This document shows, piece after piece, positions 51,780-63,559 of a stretch of DNA of 64,000 bases (the first letter of the stretch is position 1; each line of letters begins with the position of its first letter). The position numbers were made by a program, and so were the translations under genes. The DNA is from Mobula hypostoma (Eukaryota): NCBI RefSeq assembly GCF_963921235.1, contig NC_086097.1, positions 78,184,001 through 78,248,000 of the forward strand, given 5' to 3'. The notes beneath the pieces are model-generated. The model was given only the letters and a program-made list of their open reading frames with translations. It made no database searches and was not told the origin of the DNA.

Positions 51780-53130
51780 GGAGCATCCAGGTGGATATAA
51801 AATCACTGAGTACACGATTGCCTCAGAATCGCGTGATACGCTACACGTATCAATACCACAATCCGGCACAGCAGAGTGGATGAAGTAAACGGCCGTGCTC
51901 AGACCTGCAGAGCAGGTAACAACAAACACTGACTGGTGCTCCCGCCCAGACACACATGCCGAGGTTGTTGATGTCTGCACTGGTGACAGCTGAGTCGTCC
52001 TGAAGTTCCCCGGCTGACCTTTGGCACATTTCATTTAGTGTGCAATGCATGGTGCTCAGAAAGCGAACGCACTTAACACGATCAGCCGCACTGGGGCCGG
52101 CTGGGAGAAGTGAATGAGGGAAAATAACATGGGTTTGACAGGATTTTGTTTATTCCTACTGCAGGTTTGGTCGGGATACATCTGTTATGCTGTTTGTTAA
52201 CTGGATTACTTACTTGTGTTGTGTTACATTAGAAAATGGGGTAACACGCTTCTTAGTTATGCATATGAGGATATCCGATTGTTAACTTCCAATTTTGGGG
52301 TATTAACTGCAAGGTGCGCGCCGTTTTCAACAACATTGAGAGTATTTAATATCAGACGTCGGGCAAGGGAAAGGGGGGAGAAAGCGAGTGGAGGTAGGCA
52401 GAAGGGATTGCGGGAGAGGAGGAGTGGGTGAGGGGTTGGGGTGGGAGGGGGGAGAGAAAGCGAGTGGAGGTAGGCAGAAGGGATTGCGGAGGGAGGAGTG
52501 GGTGAGGGGTTGGGGTGGGAGGGGGAGAGAAAGCGAGTGGAGGTAGGCAGAAGGGATTGCGGGAGAGGAGGAGTGGGTGAGGGGTTGGGGTGGGAGGGGG
52601 GAGAGAAAGCGAGTGGAGGTAGGCAGAAGGGATTGCGGGAGAGGAGGAGTGGGTGAGGGGTTGGGGTGGGAGGGGGAGAGAAAGCGAGTGGAGGTAGGCA
52701 GAAGGGATTGCGGGAGAGGAGGAGTGGGTGAGGGGTTGGGGTGGAAGGGGGAGAGAAAGAGAGTGGAGGTAGGCAGAAGGGATTGCGGGAGAGGAGGAGT
52801 GGGTGAGGGGTTGGGGTGGGAGGGGGGAGAGAAAGCGAGTGGAGGTAGGCAGAAGGGATTGCGGGAGAGGAGGAGTGGGTGAGGGGTTGGGGTGGAAGGG
52901 GGAGAGAAAGCGAGTGGAGGTAGGCAGAAGGGATTGCGGGAGAGGAGGAGTGGGTGAGGGGTTGGGGTGGGAGGAGCGGGTTTCAGCTGAGCCTGACACC
53001 AGCTCCGCTCCGAGCGACTTCTGCGAAACTGGGCACAGAAGTCCTGACCCTGTGACTCTGACTGACGGGCAGAAAGGGTCTGCAGAAGCCCAGATGTTGG
53101 CCGAAATCCCGAGATCCCGCCCAAAGAATT
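51780..53130. promoter_or_regulatory. CpG-enriched, apparently unique sequence flanking a minisatellite; possible promoter or first-exon region
   Basis: Local CpG density is higher than the surrounding non-TE DNA; GC-box-like cccgccc near 51941 and 53116; no TE motifs recognised. Confidence 0.35.
52372..52975 (+). repeat. G-rich minisatellite, 73-76-bp unit, 8 copies
   Basis: Unit aaagcgagtggaggtaggcagaagggattgcgggagaggaggagtgggtgaggggttggggtgggagggg(g)gag starts at 52381, 52457, 52530, 52606, 52681, 52756, 52832, 52907. Confidence 0.97.
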
Positions 53131-53371
53131 AGTAGTGGCTAGTGGATGAACTGACAGACCCTCTCAAAAAGATGAGCAATCGCTGGAAACCCTCTCACAA
53201 TTGCCAGTTACCAGCACCTGATTAATTAATGGACAAGCTTGTAGATAGTTCCTAAACTAGTCTGGTGGAATGTGGGTGGCGAATGGGGTAGGGGGAGGGT
53301 GGGAGTGGTAAAGAATTAAGGAGAATTTGCATTATGAGCAAATATGAGTAAGTGTTGAGCAGTCAAGGGCC

Positions 53372-53900
53372 CTTTACCTAAGAAAGGATGTGCTAGCCTT
53401 GGAGAGGGTCCAGAGGAGGTTCATGAGAGAGATCCCAGGAATAAAAGGGTTAACATATGACTTTGGGCCCGTGATCAATGAAGTTTAGAAGAATGCGGGT
53501 GTGGGGGGGGTGGAATCTCATTGAAACTTTCTGAATATGGAAAGGTCTAGATAGAGTGGATGTGGAGAGGATGATTCCAATAGTGGGAGAGTCGAGGACC
53601 AGGGAACACAACTTCCCAATAGAAGGACATCCCTTTAGAAAAAAAGAGATGATAGAATTTCTTTCGCCACAGCATGGTGAATCTGTGGAGTTCATGGCCA
53701 CAGACCGCTGTAGGGCCCAAGACTTTGGATATATTTCAAGTGAAGGTTGATAGGTTCTTGATTAGTAAAGATGTGAAACATTACAGGGAGAAGGCAGGAG
53801 AGTGAGTTTGAGGGGGATAACAGATCGGCCATAGTTGAGGGGTAGAATGGATTCAATGGGACGAATGGCCTAGTTCTGCTCATGTGTCTTATGGTCTTAT
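53372..53900 (+). mobile_element. CR1 LINE 3' fragment
   Basis: LRKDVLALERVQRRF; DRVDVERMIPIVGESRTREHN; 'tcttatggtcttatg' tail. Confidence 0.88.
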
Positions 53901-54119
53901 GCAGTGGAGTCACAAGAGACTGCAGATACTGGAATCTGGAGCAGCAAATACTCTGCTGTAGGAACTTCAATCAGGATCTGTGGAAGGAAAGGAATTAACA
54001 AGTTCCTTTATACAATTCCAGTTGTCCTTTGGGTAATTAGTTTTCCTCCACAGATGCTGCTCGACATCAACGCCCAACCAAGTCCGTCTGGAAGGTTGTT
54101 ATTGCTGCATTGATAAGGA

Positions 54120-54320
54120 GTTTCCCTGTGACTGTGTGAGTTTCCTCCGGGTGATCTGGTTTCCTCCCACATTCCAAAGACATATCAGTTGGTAGGTTTA
54201 ATTGGTCATTGTAAATTGTCCCGTGATTAGGCTCAGACTAAATCAGGAGAATGCTGGGTGGCATGTCTCGAAGGGTCGGAAGGGTCTGTTCCACACTGTG
54301 TCTCAATAGATAAATAAAAT
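54120..54320 (+). mobile_element. V-SINE fragment
   Basis: 'ccctgtgactgtgtgagtttcctccgggtgatctggtttcctcccacattccaaagac' V-domain motif; A-rich tail. Confidence 0.7.
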
Positions 54321-54439
54321 AATTAATAGTGCTCTCTCCATCTCCTTCAGGGCATTGCAAAATGTTTCCAAGTCAATCACCGGTGTAGTGGAGGAGAGGC
54401 TGATCACACCGTTCACATCAGACTGCCGGGGGGAGAAAG

Positions 54440-54750
54440 AGAGAGAGAAGGATTCAAGGATGTGCTCAAAAACTTCTTGATTAAGTGCAACATCCCAGAA
54501 TCTCTGGCCCACCTCCAATCAAAGTGGTGCCGGAGCATTCAGGATGTTAAAGTGAATCTCTATCAGTTGCACAGGGTGGCTATGTGCGGGCAACAAGTTG
54601 TGTGAGCCACTTCACAAACCAGCCACCCACTCTGACAAGGCACGCCCACCCCCACCCCCACTGTGTCAGAGTCTGTAGTTCCCACACTGGCCTCATCAGC
54701 CACTTCAGACCCATAGGAATGCAGTAACACTCAGTCCTGAAGGACTGCCT
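54440..54750 (+). mobile_element. RTE-type LINE C-terminal remnant
   Basis: Remnants LKTS.IKCNIP...SLAH...KW and C.RVCSSHTGLISHFR.H. Confidence 0.6.
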
Positions 54751-54837
54751 AAGATCTAGAAGGAAGACACAACAGACCTACTGTTTTGAAGAGTACTGTG
54801 CAATAGTTTACATGGAACAGAGACATTGTTTCCGAAT

Positions 54838-55736
54838 AAAGACCATAAAAAATAGAAGAAGAATGAGGCCATTTGGCCCATTGAGTCTGCTCCACCATTT
54901 CATCATGGCTGATCCAATTTTCCTTCATCACCTGCCTTCTCCTTGTATCCCTTCATGCCTTGACTAAACAAGAATTCATTAATCTCTGCCTTAAATATAC
55001 ATAAAGACTTGGACTCCACAGCTGCCTGTGGCAACAAATTCCACAGAAATTCCCTCTTCATCTCCTTTCTAAAAGGATGCCGCTCTATCCTGAGACTGTG
55101 TCACTGGTCCTAGACTCTCCCACGAGATGAAACATCCTCTCCACATCCACTCTATCAAGGCCTTTCACCATTCGATAGGTTTCAATGAGGTCACCCCTAA
55201 TTCTTCTGAATTCTAGCAAATACAGACCCAGAGCCATCAAACACTTTTCATATGACAAGCCATTCAATCCTGGAATCATTTTTTGTGAACCTCCTTTGAA
55301 CTGTCTCCAGTTTCTGCACATCCTTTCTAAGATACTGGGCCCAAAACTACTCACAATACTCCAAGTGAGAACTCACCAGTGCTTTATAAATTCTCAACAT
55401 TACATCCTTGCTTTTATATTCTAGTCCTCTTGAAAGGAATGCTGACATTGCATTTGCTATCCTCACCACAGACTCAACCTGCAAATTAACATTTCGGGAA
55501 TCCTGCACAAGAACTCCCAAGTCCCGGTGCACCTAAGTTTTTTGTATTTTCTCTCCACTTAGAAAATAGTCAACCCTTTCCTTTTTTCTCGCAAAGTGCA
55601 CGGCCATACACTTTCCAACACTCTATTCCACCCATCATTTCTTTTCCCATTCTCCTAATCTGTCTAAGTCCTTCCGTAGTCTCTCTACTTCCTTAAATCT
55701 ACCTGCCCCTCCACCTATCTTCATATCATCTGCAAA
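54838..55736 (-). mobile_element. CR1 LINE 3' fragment
   Basis: ORFs 55347-55532 and 55085-55354: RDLGVLVQ...YKALVSSHLEYCE, RGDLIETY. Confidence 0.9.
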
Positions 55737-55959
55737 TAAAGTTGGGATAGAAGTTGGTCCAGTGGGTTTATATGTGGAAGATTAAGCATATATCATTTGC
55801 TGCTTTTAAAGTTTCCTTTTCGATTTCTCAACTATATTTTGTTTTCTGGTTTTCCAATTTCAAATCAAGAATAACAGGAGCTATAGATTTGTCAGTATAT
55901 GTATTTCAACTTTGAATGTAACTATGCATCCTTCAGGAGAATTGACTATATCTGAAATT

Positions 55960-56110
55960 TTGTTGGTAGCAATTTCACCTCTGTAGCTGAGGATTATGGG
56001 TTCAAATTTCACTCCAGAGACAAAAAACTCACTAATTTAGGCGGACATTCCAGTGTTGTAATGGGAGGTGCTATATTTTGGGTGAAATGTCAAATAAGGG
56101 CCTTTCCTTG
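55960..56110 (+). mobile_element. Deu-SINE 5'/core fragment
   Basis: tRNA-like 'gggttcaaat..cactccagag' followed by 'ggcggacattccagtg...ggaggtgct...gaaatgtcaaataagggcc'. Confidence 0.55.
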
Positions 56111-56681
56111 AAAAGCATTATATGGATTTGGTGCCAGATGGTTCTAGTTTTATTGCTTCTCTATTTCAGTGTACAAGTGAGTGGACCGCTCAGCATGTTG
56201 AATTAATACTTGAATGCGTGTCCACTTGTGTCATTTTCTGATCCCATTTCAGATTTACAGCATACTTGTCCCTTTTCCCAATCATGAACATATTTCCAAT
56301 GCACAACCAATTTTGCAGGTCTGCTGTACTTCAGAAACAGAACCAGGTTTATATCATTGGCATTTATCATGAAATTTGTTGTTTTGCAACACCACTGCAG
56401 TGCAATAATAATATTTTAAAAGCTATAAATAACAGTTATATATACTGTATGTGTGTGTGTGTATCTGCCTATAAAAGCTATTCATCTCTCTTGGAAGTTT
56501 TCATGTTTTATTGTTTCATAATATTGAATCACAGTGGATTTAATTTGGCTTTTTTGACACAGATCAACAGGAAAAGACTCTTTTATGTCCAAGTTAAAAC
56601 AGATCTCTATAAAGTGATCTAAATTAATTACAAATATAAAACACTAAATAATTGATTGCATAATTACTCACCCCCTTCAAG

Positions 56682-57697
56682 TCAGTATTTAGTAGATGCA
56701 CCTTTGGAGCAATTACAGCCTTGATTGAGTCTGTGTGGATGGGTCTCTATCAGCTTTGCAAATCTGGACACTGCAAATTTTCCTCTTTCTTCTTTACAAA
56801 ACTGCTCAAGCTCTGTCAAATTGCGTGAGGATTGCGAGTAAACAGCCCTTTTCAAGTCCAGCCACAAATTCTCAGTTGAATTGAGGTCTGGACTCTGACA
56901 TGGCCACTCCAGGACATTACCTTTGTTGTTTTTTAAGCCATTACTGTGTAGCTTTGGCTTTATGCTTAGGGTCATTGTCTTGCTAGAACAAATCTCCCAA
57001 GTTGCAGTCCTCTTTCAGACTGCATCAGGTTTTCCTCCCGGATTTCTCCGTATTTTGCTGTATTCATTTTACCTTCTACCTTCACAAGCCTTCCAGGGCC
57101 TGCTACAGTGAAACATCCCCACAGCATGATGCAGTCACCACCATGCTTCATGGTAGGGATGGTCTCCTTGAAGATGTGCGAAGTTTGCCTTACTCCAAAC
57201 ATAGCTTTTAGTCTGATGGCCAAAAAGCCCAGTTATAGTTTCACCAGACCATAGAACCTTCTTCCATTTGATTTTAGAGTCTCCCACATGCCTTCTGGCA
57301 AACTCTAGCTGAGATTTCATGTGAGTTTTTTTCCTGTGGCTTTCTCTTTGCCACTCTCCCATAAAACTGTGACTGGTGAAGCATCCTAGCAACAGTTGTT
57401 GTCCGTGTAGTCTCTCCTATCTTAGCCACTGAAGATTGTAACTTCTCCAGAGTTGTCATAGGTCTCTTGGTGGCCTCCCTCACTAGTCCTCTTCTTGCAC
57501 AGTTACTCAGTTATTGAGGAATACCTACTCTAAGCAGATTTACAGCTGCGTCATATTCCTACCATTTCTTGATGATTGACTCAACTGTAATCCAATGGAT
57601 AATCAGTGACTTAGAAATTTTCTTGAATCCATCTCCTGACTTGTGCTTTTCAATAACCTTTCAGTGGAGTTGCTTGGAATGTTCTTTTGTCTTCCTA
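56682..57697 (-). pseudogene. Tc1 DD34E transposase pseudogene
   Basis: Frameshifted fragments KTKEHSKQL..KVIEKHKSG, WKKVLWSGET, KHGGDCIMLWGCF, VLEWPCQSPDLNSTENLW, KGASTKY. Confidence 0.92.
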
Positions 57698-57743
57698 GTG
57701 TAGTTTTTGCCAGGATACTGACTCACAAGCAGTTGGATCTTCC

Positions 57744-59732
57744 TCCTCTTCCTCCTCTTCTTCTTTTTTGTTTTATGGCTGTTGGCAACCAATTATCTGT
57801 GCATTACCGCCAACTGCTAGACTTCATGTGTTCCAACCAAATATGTCCTGGAGTTCTCTACTTTAGACAATCTAGTTCAGCCTGCAGTTCTTTATTAGCA
57901 TCACTCTGTAGTTGCAATTCCTCGTGAATGCTTAATGCGCTCATTAGATAATGCCGCAAAATGCTATTCTTCCCTAACTTTGTCACATGTTTTTGCGAAG
58001 TTGCATTACCTCAATCACATTGATTTCATCTACATCATTTGTAGGACTAAAATTGTCTTGCTAAAGAATAGTAATTATCGCGCGTTATACTTTTAAAATT
58101 GCTGTTTTTCCAAGTCTATCTGCTTTTTCAGGTTTTCCTTTTCTTGGATTGTAGCCTGCAGTTGTTTACTGAGACCTCAGAGTTCTTCATTTGCTTCCAT
58201 GTTTTCATCTTATAATCTGAATGTAGATAATTCACTTTGCAACAAATTCCTTTTCCATTTGTATCCTTGTAATAATTTCCTCCATTTTCCAATCTCTTCC
58301 CAACTCACTCTTGTTCTTGTCAGGTACTTCTATTTGTTGTTGGAGTTCTGCACATTTACTCTGGGCTTCAACCATAAAATCTGAGGATTTTCCTTAAGTT
58401 CTGAAACATTTCTTAAATTCCTGACCATTTGCGATAAATATACTGCCATTAAGATTCCATCTCCCCTGCCTGTGAACTGTTGTATCCTCCATTCAGCATT
58501 TCTTTGACTTCTTCCAACCTAATTCCTTTAATACCAAGATACTTTTCTGCAGACTTGACGTTATTTTTAATTTTCTCAGTTCTTTTGCTTGTTTGCGCTG
58601 AACAATTAATTGCATCCACCATAAAAAACACGAAATCCTTTCTACACATTAATAGTGTATCCTTATTTTTCATATTACAACTCTCACAATTCACCAGTTT
58701 ATTATTCCCTGTATTTGTTTGCTTGACAGCCTTTTTTTCAGCAAATTCTTTCACTGCCTCTACATAACTGATTCCTTGAGTTACTTTTACATATTGTATC
58801 TCAGCCGCCTTCTTGCTATAAATGCACCCTCGATAAGCTGCGCTGTGTTCCTCGCCACAATTGCAGCATTTCAGCCTAGCTCCCGCTTCACATTTCCCAT
58901 ATTCATGTTCTCCAGCGCATCTCCCACATCTTTGTTTCCCTCTGCAGACCACCGCAATGTGCCCGAATTTCTGACATTTATAGCATCTTAAAGGCGGTGG
59001 TATATATATTCTAACCGCATAACACATATACCCTAAGTAAACGTTAGTCGGCAATCTCTCTTCATCAAAGTTAATCATTACCGATAAACTATCACACGTT
59101 TTCCCATCTCTTGTAACTTTCAAACGTTTGGCCTCAATAATTTTTGCTCCTTTTATGTTCTGTTTAATCTCATCCATAGTAACTTTTGTTGGTATCCCCG
59201 AAATAACTTTAGTCCGCTTTCTATTGTTGGGTATTGAGCATTGTACTTCTTTGCCATCTATTTTACATAATCTTATCACTTGGCCTTGCTGAGCACTATC
59301 CCGACAAATCACTAATAGTGATTCATTTCGTAAAATCTTTGCTCCTTTAACCTCACCTATAATTTTGTTGAGCATCTTCGTCAAATGAATCAGGTTCCAG
59401 TCACCAAAAGATGCCCCGTCTTCACTTAGTTTTATAATTGCTTTAATCTCATCTTCTTTCCATTGTTTTGCTGTCCTGTTTTGATCATCTGCTGATTCCT
59501 CAGAGTCTGATATCCCATACCTCTGCTTTCTTTTCTTCCTCTTTCCATTCCGTTCCTCTTTCCCACCAATCTCCATCTCTAGTTCACTTTCACTCTCGCC
59601 AAAAACTTCCCTCAACGGCTCTTTCCTTGATGTTCTCTCTCTCCACCATTTTCCAGTCACAATTCGACTCTCTTCGAACAACTCAATTTACTTTCCACCA
59701 CAACACCCAGCAGCAGCCCTATCCCATCAGCC
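57744..59732 (-). mobile_element. ORF1-only non-autonomous Nimb/I-group LINE derivative (~2 kb)
   Basis: TSD agcagttgga(t/c)cttcc at 57728-57743 and 59733-59748; (GAA/GGA)n tail; 3' hairpin gttggc...gccaac at 57781-57814; open ORF1; no RT. Confidence 0.85.
58449..59681 (-). CDS. LINE ORF1 (Gag-like nucleic-acid chaperone with three CCHC-type knuckles); first ATG at 59576
   Basis: PPPLRCYKCQKFGHIAVVC-RGKQRCGRCAGEHEYGKC-LKCCNCGEEHSAAYRGC; ISYVEAVK; stop overlaps a downstream ATG (TAATG). Confidence 0.88.
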   Translation of the reverse strand: MFEESRIVTGKWWRERTSRKEPLREVFGESESELEMEIGGKEERNGKRKKRKQRYGISDSEESADDQNRTAKQWKEDEIKAIIKLSEDGASFGDWNLIHLTKMLNKIIGEVKGAKILRNESLLVICRDSAQQGQVIRLCKIDGKEVQCSIPNNRKRTKVISGIPTKVTMDEIKQNIKGAKIIEAKRLKVTRDGKTCDSLSVMINFDEERLPTNVYLGYMCYAVRIYIPPPLRCYKCQKFGHIAVVCRGKQRCGRCAGEHEYGKCEAGARLKCCNCGEEHSAAYRGCIYSKKAAEIQYVKVTQGISYVEAVKEFAEKKAVKQTNTGNNKLVNCESCNMKNKDTLLMCRKDFVFFMVDAINCSAQTSKRTEKIKNNVKSAEKYLGIKGIRLEEVKEMLNGGYNSSQAGEMES

Positions 59733-60089
59733 AGCAGTTGGACCTTCCAGATACAGATGTATTTTTACTACAATCAATTGAAACATCTTGATTGCACTCA
59801 GTGATCTCCATTTAACTAATTATGTGACTTCTAAAACCAATTGGCTGCACCAGTGATGATTTGGTTTTCAAGAAAGGGGGGTGAATACTTATGTATTCAA
59901 TTATTTTGAGTTTTATGTTTGTAATTAATTTAGATCACTTTGTAGAGATGTGTTTTCATTTTAGCACGAAAGACTTTTTCTGTTGATCAGTGTCAAAAAA
60001 GCCAAATTAAATCCATTGTGATTCAACGTTGTAAAACAATATACATGAAAACTTCCAAGGGGGGTGAATACTTGTTATAGGCACTGTAT

Positions 60090-61310
60090 ATGTACTTGCT
60101 CCCACTTGTTTCAAGAGGGCTATAATTATACCAGTGCCCAAGAAGAGTAGTGAAAGTTGCCTTAAGGACATTCGTCCAATAGCGCTCACATCTATGGTGA
60201 TGATATGCTTTGAGAGGTTGGTCATGGCTAGGATCAACTCCTGTCTCAGCAAGGAACTGGACCCACTGCAACTTACTATCACCACAATAGATCTACAGCA
60301 GACACAATCTCAATGGCACTTCACACAGCCTAGGATCACCTGGACAATACAAATACCTATATCAGGATGCTGTTCATTTACTATACCTCAGCATTTAACA
60401 CTATCATTCATCCAGTCCTGATCGATAAGTTACAGAACCTGGGCCTCTGTATTTCTCTCTGCAATTGGATCCTTGACTTCCCAACCGGAAGACCACAATC
60501 TATGCGGATTGGTAATAACATATCCACTGTGCTGACAATCAATAATGGCACACCTCAGGGATGTGTGCTTAGCCCACTGCTCTACTCTCTCTATAGCCAA
60601 GACTGTGTGTCTAGGCATAGCTCAAATGCCATCTATAAATTTGCTGATGATACAACTATTGTTGGCAGAATCTCTGATGGCGACGAGACAGTGTACAGGA
60701 GCGAGATAGACCAGCTAGTTGAGTGGTGTCGTAGCAACAACCTTGCACTCAAGGTTAATCGAGGGAACACAAACAAATCATTGTAGAGGGATCAGAAGTG
60801 GAAAAAGTGAGCAATTTCAAGTTCTTGGGTGTCAAAATCTCTGAGGATCTAACCTACTTCCTACATACTGATGCAGCTATAAAGAAGGCAAGACAGCAGT
60901 TACATTTCATTAAGAGTTTGTGGAGATTTGGTTTATCACCAAAAACACTCAAAAACTTCTCCAGATGTACTGTGGAGAGCACTCTGAGAGGCTGCATCAC
61001 TGTCTGGTATTTGGGGTGGGGGGGGGATCTACTGCACAGGATCAAAAGAAGCTAAAAAAAGTTGTAAAATTAGTCAGTTCCATCATGGGTACTTGCCTCC
61101 ATAGTATCCGAGACATCTTCAAGGAACAGTGCCTCAGAGAGGCATCCATTATTAAGGACCCTCATCATCCAAAACATGCCCTCTTCTCACTGTTACCATC
61201 AGAAAGGAAGTACAGAAGCCTGAAGGCACGCACCCAGCAATATTCAGGAACAGCTTCTTCCCCTCTACCATCCGATTTCTAAATGGACATTGAACCCATT
61301 GACACAACCT
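60090..61310 (+). mobile_element. Rex1/Babar LINE RT-to-3' fragment
   Basis: PVPKK...[55 protein letters not shown]; frameshifted. Confidence 0.92.
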
Positions 61311-61439
61311 CATGTTTTATATATAAATTAATAGTGCAAAAATTAGAGTTAATGTACATGGATTCATTATCCATTTGGAAATCTGATGTTTTGGCAGCAG
61401 GGAAGAAGCTTTTCCTCAAATGTTGAGTGTATCTTCAGG

Positions 61440-62090
61440 TCCTCTTGAAATGAATGCTAACATTGCATTTGCCTTCCTCACCATCAACTCAACCTGAAAA
61501 TTAACCTTTAGGGAATCCTGCACAAGGACTCCCAAGTCCCTTTGCACCTCCCATTTCTGAATTTTCTCTCCACTTGGAAAATAGTCTATGCTTTTATTAC
61601 TTCTACCAAAGTACCTGACCATACACTTCCTGACACTATATTCCATTTGCCACTACTTTGTCCATTCTCCCAATCTGTCTACGTCCTTGTGGAGCATCTC
61701 TGATTCCTTAACACTACCTACCCATCTACCTATCTTCATTTTGTCCGCAAACTTGGCCACAAAGCCATCAATTTCATTATCTATCATTACCGCTTCCTTT
61801 CGCATATAACATAAAAAGAAGTGGACCCAATACAGACTCCTATGGAACACCATTAGTCACCGGTAACCAACCAGAAAAGGCTCCCTTTATTCCCACACTT
61901 TGCCTCCTGCTAATCAGTCAATGCTCTATCCATGCAGAATCTTTCCTATAATACCATGGGCTCTGAACTTGTTAAGCATCATCATGTGTGGCACCTTGTC
62001 AAAAGCCTTCTGAAAATCCAAGAATGCAACATCCACTGATTCTCCTTCGTCTATCCTGCTTGTTATTTCTTCAAAGAAATCCAACAGATT
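61440..62090 (-). mobile_element. CR1 LINE RT fragment
   Basis: VDVAFLDFQKAFDKVPH; AKFADKMKIG; QRDLGVLVQ. Confidence 0.9.
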
Positions 62091-62099
62091 TCCGTCAGA

Positions 62100-63060
62100 T
62101 CCATCCCTAACTTCAAACCGAATTGTGTATTCACTTTTAAGATGGTATTCCAAAGGACATTTTTGGACTTCTTGTATTGTTCTGGATCACCAGTCTTGGA
62201 TGACATAGATCCAGCCCTCCGCAGACTATGAATTTCCTGGTTCATCTACACCTTTTGGTTTTGGTATGTTACTATGTTGTCAAAGGTACACACTCATCCA
62301 CAAAGCTCTTGATGAAGTCACTGACAACTGTGGCATATTCATTCAGATTCAAAGATGAATCTCTGAATATTGTCCAGTCCACCAACTTAAAGCAGTCTTG
62401 TAAGCACTCTTCCATCTCCTTTGACAATACGTTCTTGGTCTTCACCACTGGTGCTGTGGTCTAGTCTATGCCTGTGTGCTGGGAGTAGAAGTACAGCCAA
62501 TGATCAGGCCTTCCAAAATGCAGGCATGGGAAGGAATGGAAAGTGTTCTAAATGCTGGGATAACAGTGGTCTTGTGTGTTGGCTTCTCTGTTTCCACGGG
62601 TGATATGATGTTGACCTGGTTGAAATTCCCCATGATAGAAGGCATCAGGGTGCACTGTTTTGTGACTGCTGATCACAGTGTTCAGCTACTCCAGTGCCTG
62701 CCTGATGTTGGCCAGGTGTGGAATGTACACCACTACCAATATGTTGACTGAAAACCCTCTTGGCAACTAAAATGGATGCTAGATATTCCAGGTTGGCTCA
62801 GCAGTACTGAGACAGAACAGTCACATGAGTTGATCATGAAGTATACTCTCTTCCTCCTCTACCTTTAAAAGCCTGTACTGTCCTGTCATAGTGGTGGATG
62901 GTGAAGCCTTCAGGCTGATCCCTGCATCCCAAAATGGTGGGGGTAAGCCATGTTTCTGTGAAGCAAAGTACATAGCAGTCCCTGATATTCCTCTGGTACT
63001 GCGATCTTACTCTGAGGTCTTCATTTTATGTACATTCACCGGCAGGATAGTAGAGACAGA
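62100..63060 (-). mobile_element. Rex1/Babar LINE APE-endonuclease region, decayed
   Basis: Minus strand VLCFTETWLT near 62945-62970; MNQEIHSLRR...GDPEQYKKSK linker. Confidence 0.75.
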
Positions 63061-63559
63061 GGGTCCAAGGGCTCTGAATTTCAATTGTACCTGATAACCA
63101 GCATGCTTTCCTCTCTTCCTTTGGTGGACCCCAGTCTGCCATCTGGGGTTCACCAATTTTGAGGATTGATAGATTTTTTTAAACACCTTAAAGTGATGTT
63201 GCTTACTGAAGTGCCCTTGGCTGCGACTGAGGATTTCAGCTGCACGAGTCCTAAACACAATTACTTAATAATTCCCTTCAGAGCTATACGCACATACCAC
63301 TGCGGCATGCACCCATGGCACTCAAGTACTTCTTCGTACATAGGTGCACAAATCAAGCAAAGCAGCACACTAAAGGCACATGACATTAGTGTTTATAAGT
63401 GTGTATATTAAGCATGTCACTCCAGAATCCTGCATATGCCCCTTTTTTTAGTTCCAGAGGCAATAAGTCACACAGGATATTATTAGCTTCCAATATCCAC
63501 ATGAATCCTGTAGAAAAGAATAACAAACTGCATTGTATTAGTTTATAATTGTCAAATGT

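Larger units (their letters stand above)
56462..60086 (-). mobile_element. Tc1 transposon with ~215-bp IR/DR-type terminal inverted repeats, interrupted by a LINE derivative
   Basis: TIRs at about 56462-56680 and 59872-60086, each with inner and outer 'attcacccc'-type repeats; right end ...ggcactg|TA; left terminus eroded. Confidence 0.92.

Noticed and set aside
52327..53124. 265-aa and 215-aa Pro/Ser-rich ORFs
   Set aside because: They result from the stop-free minisatellite and shift frame between units.
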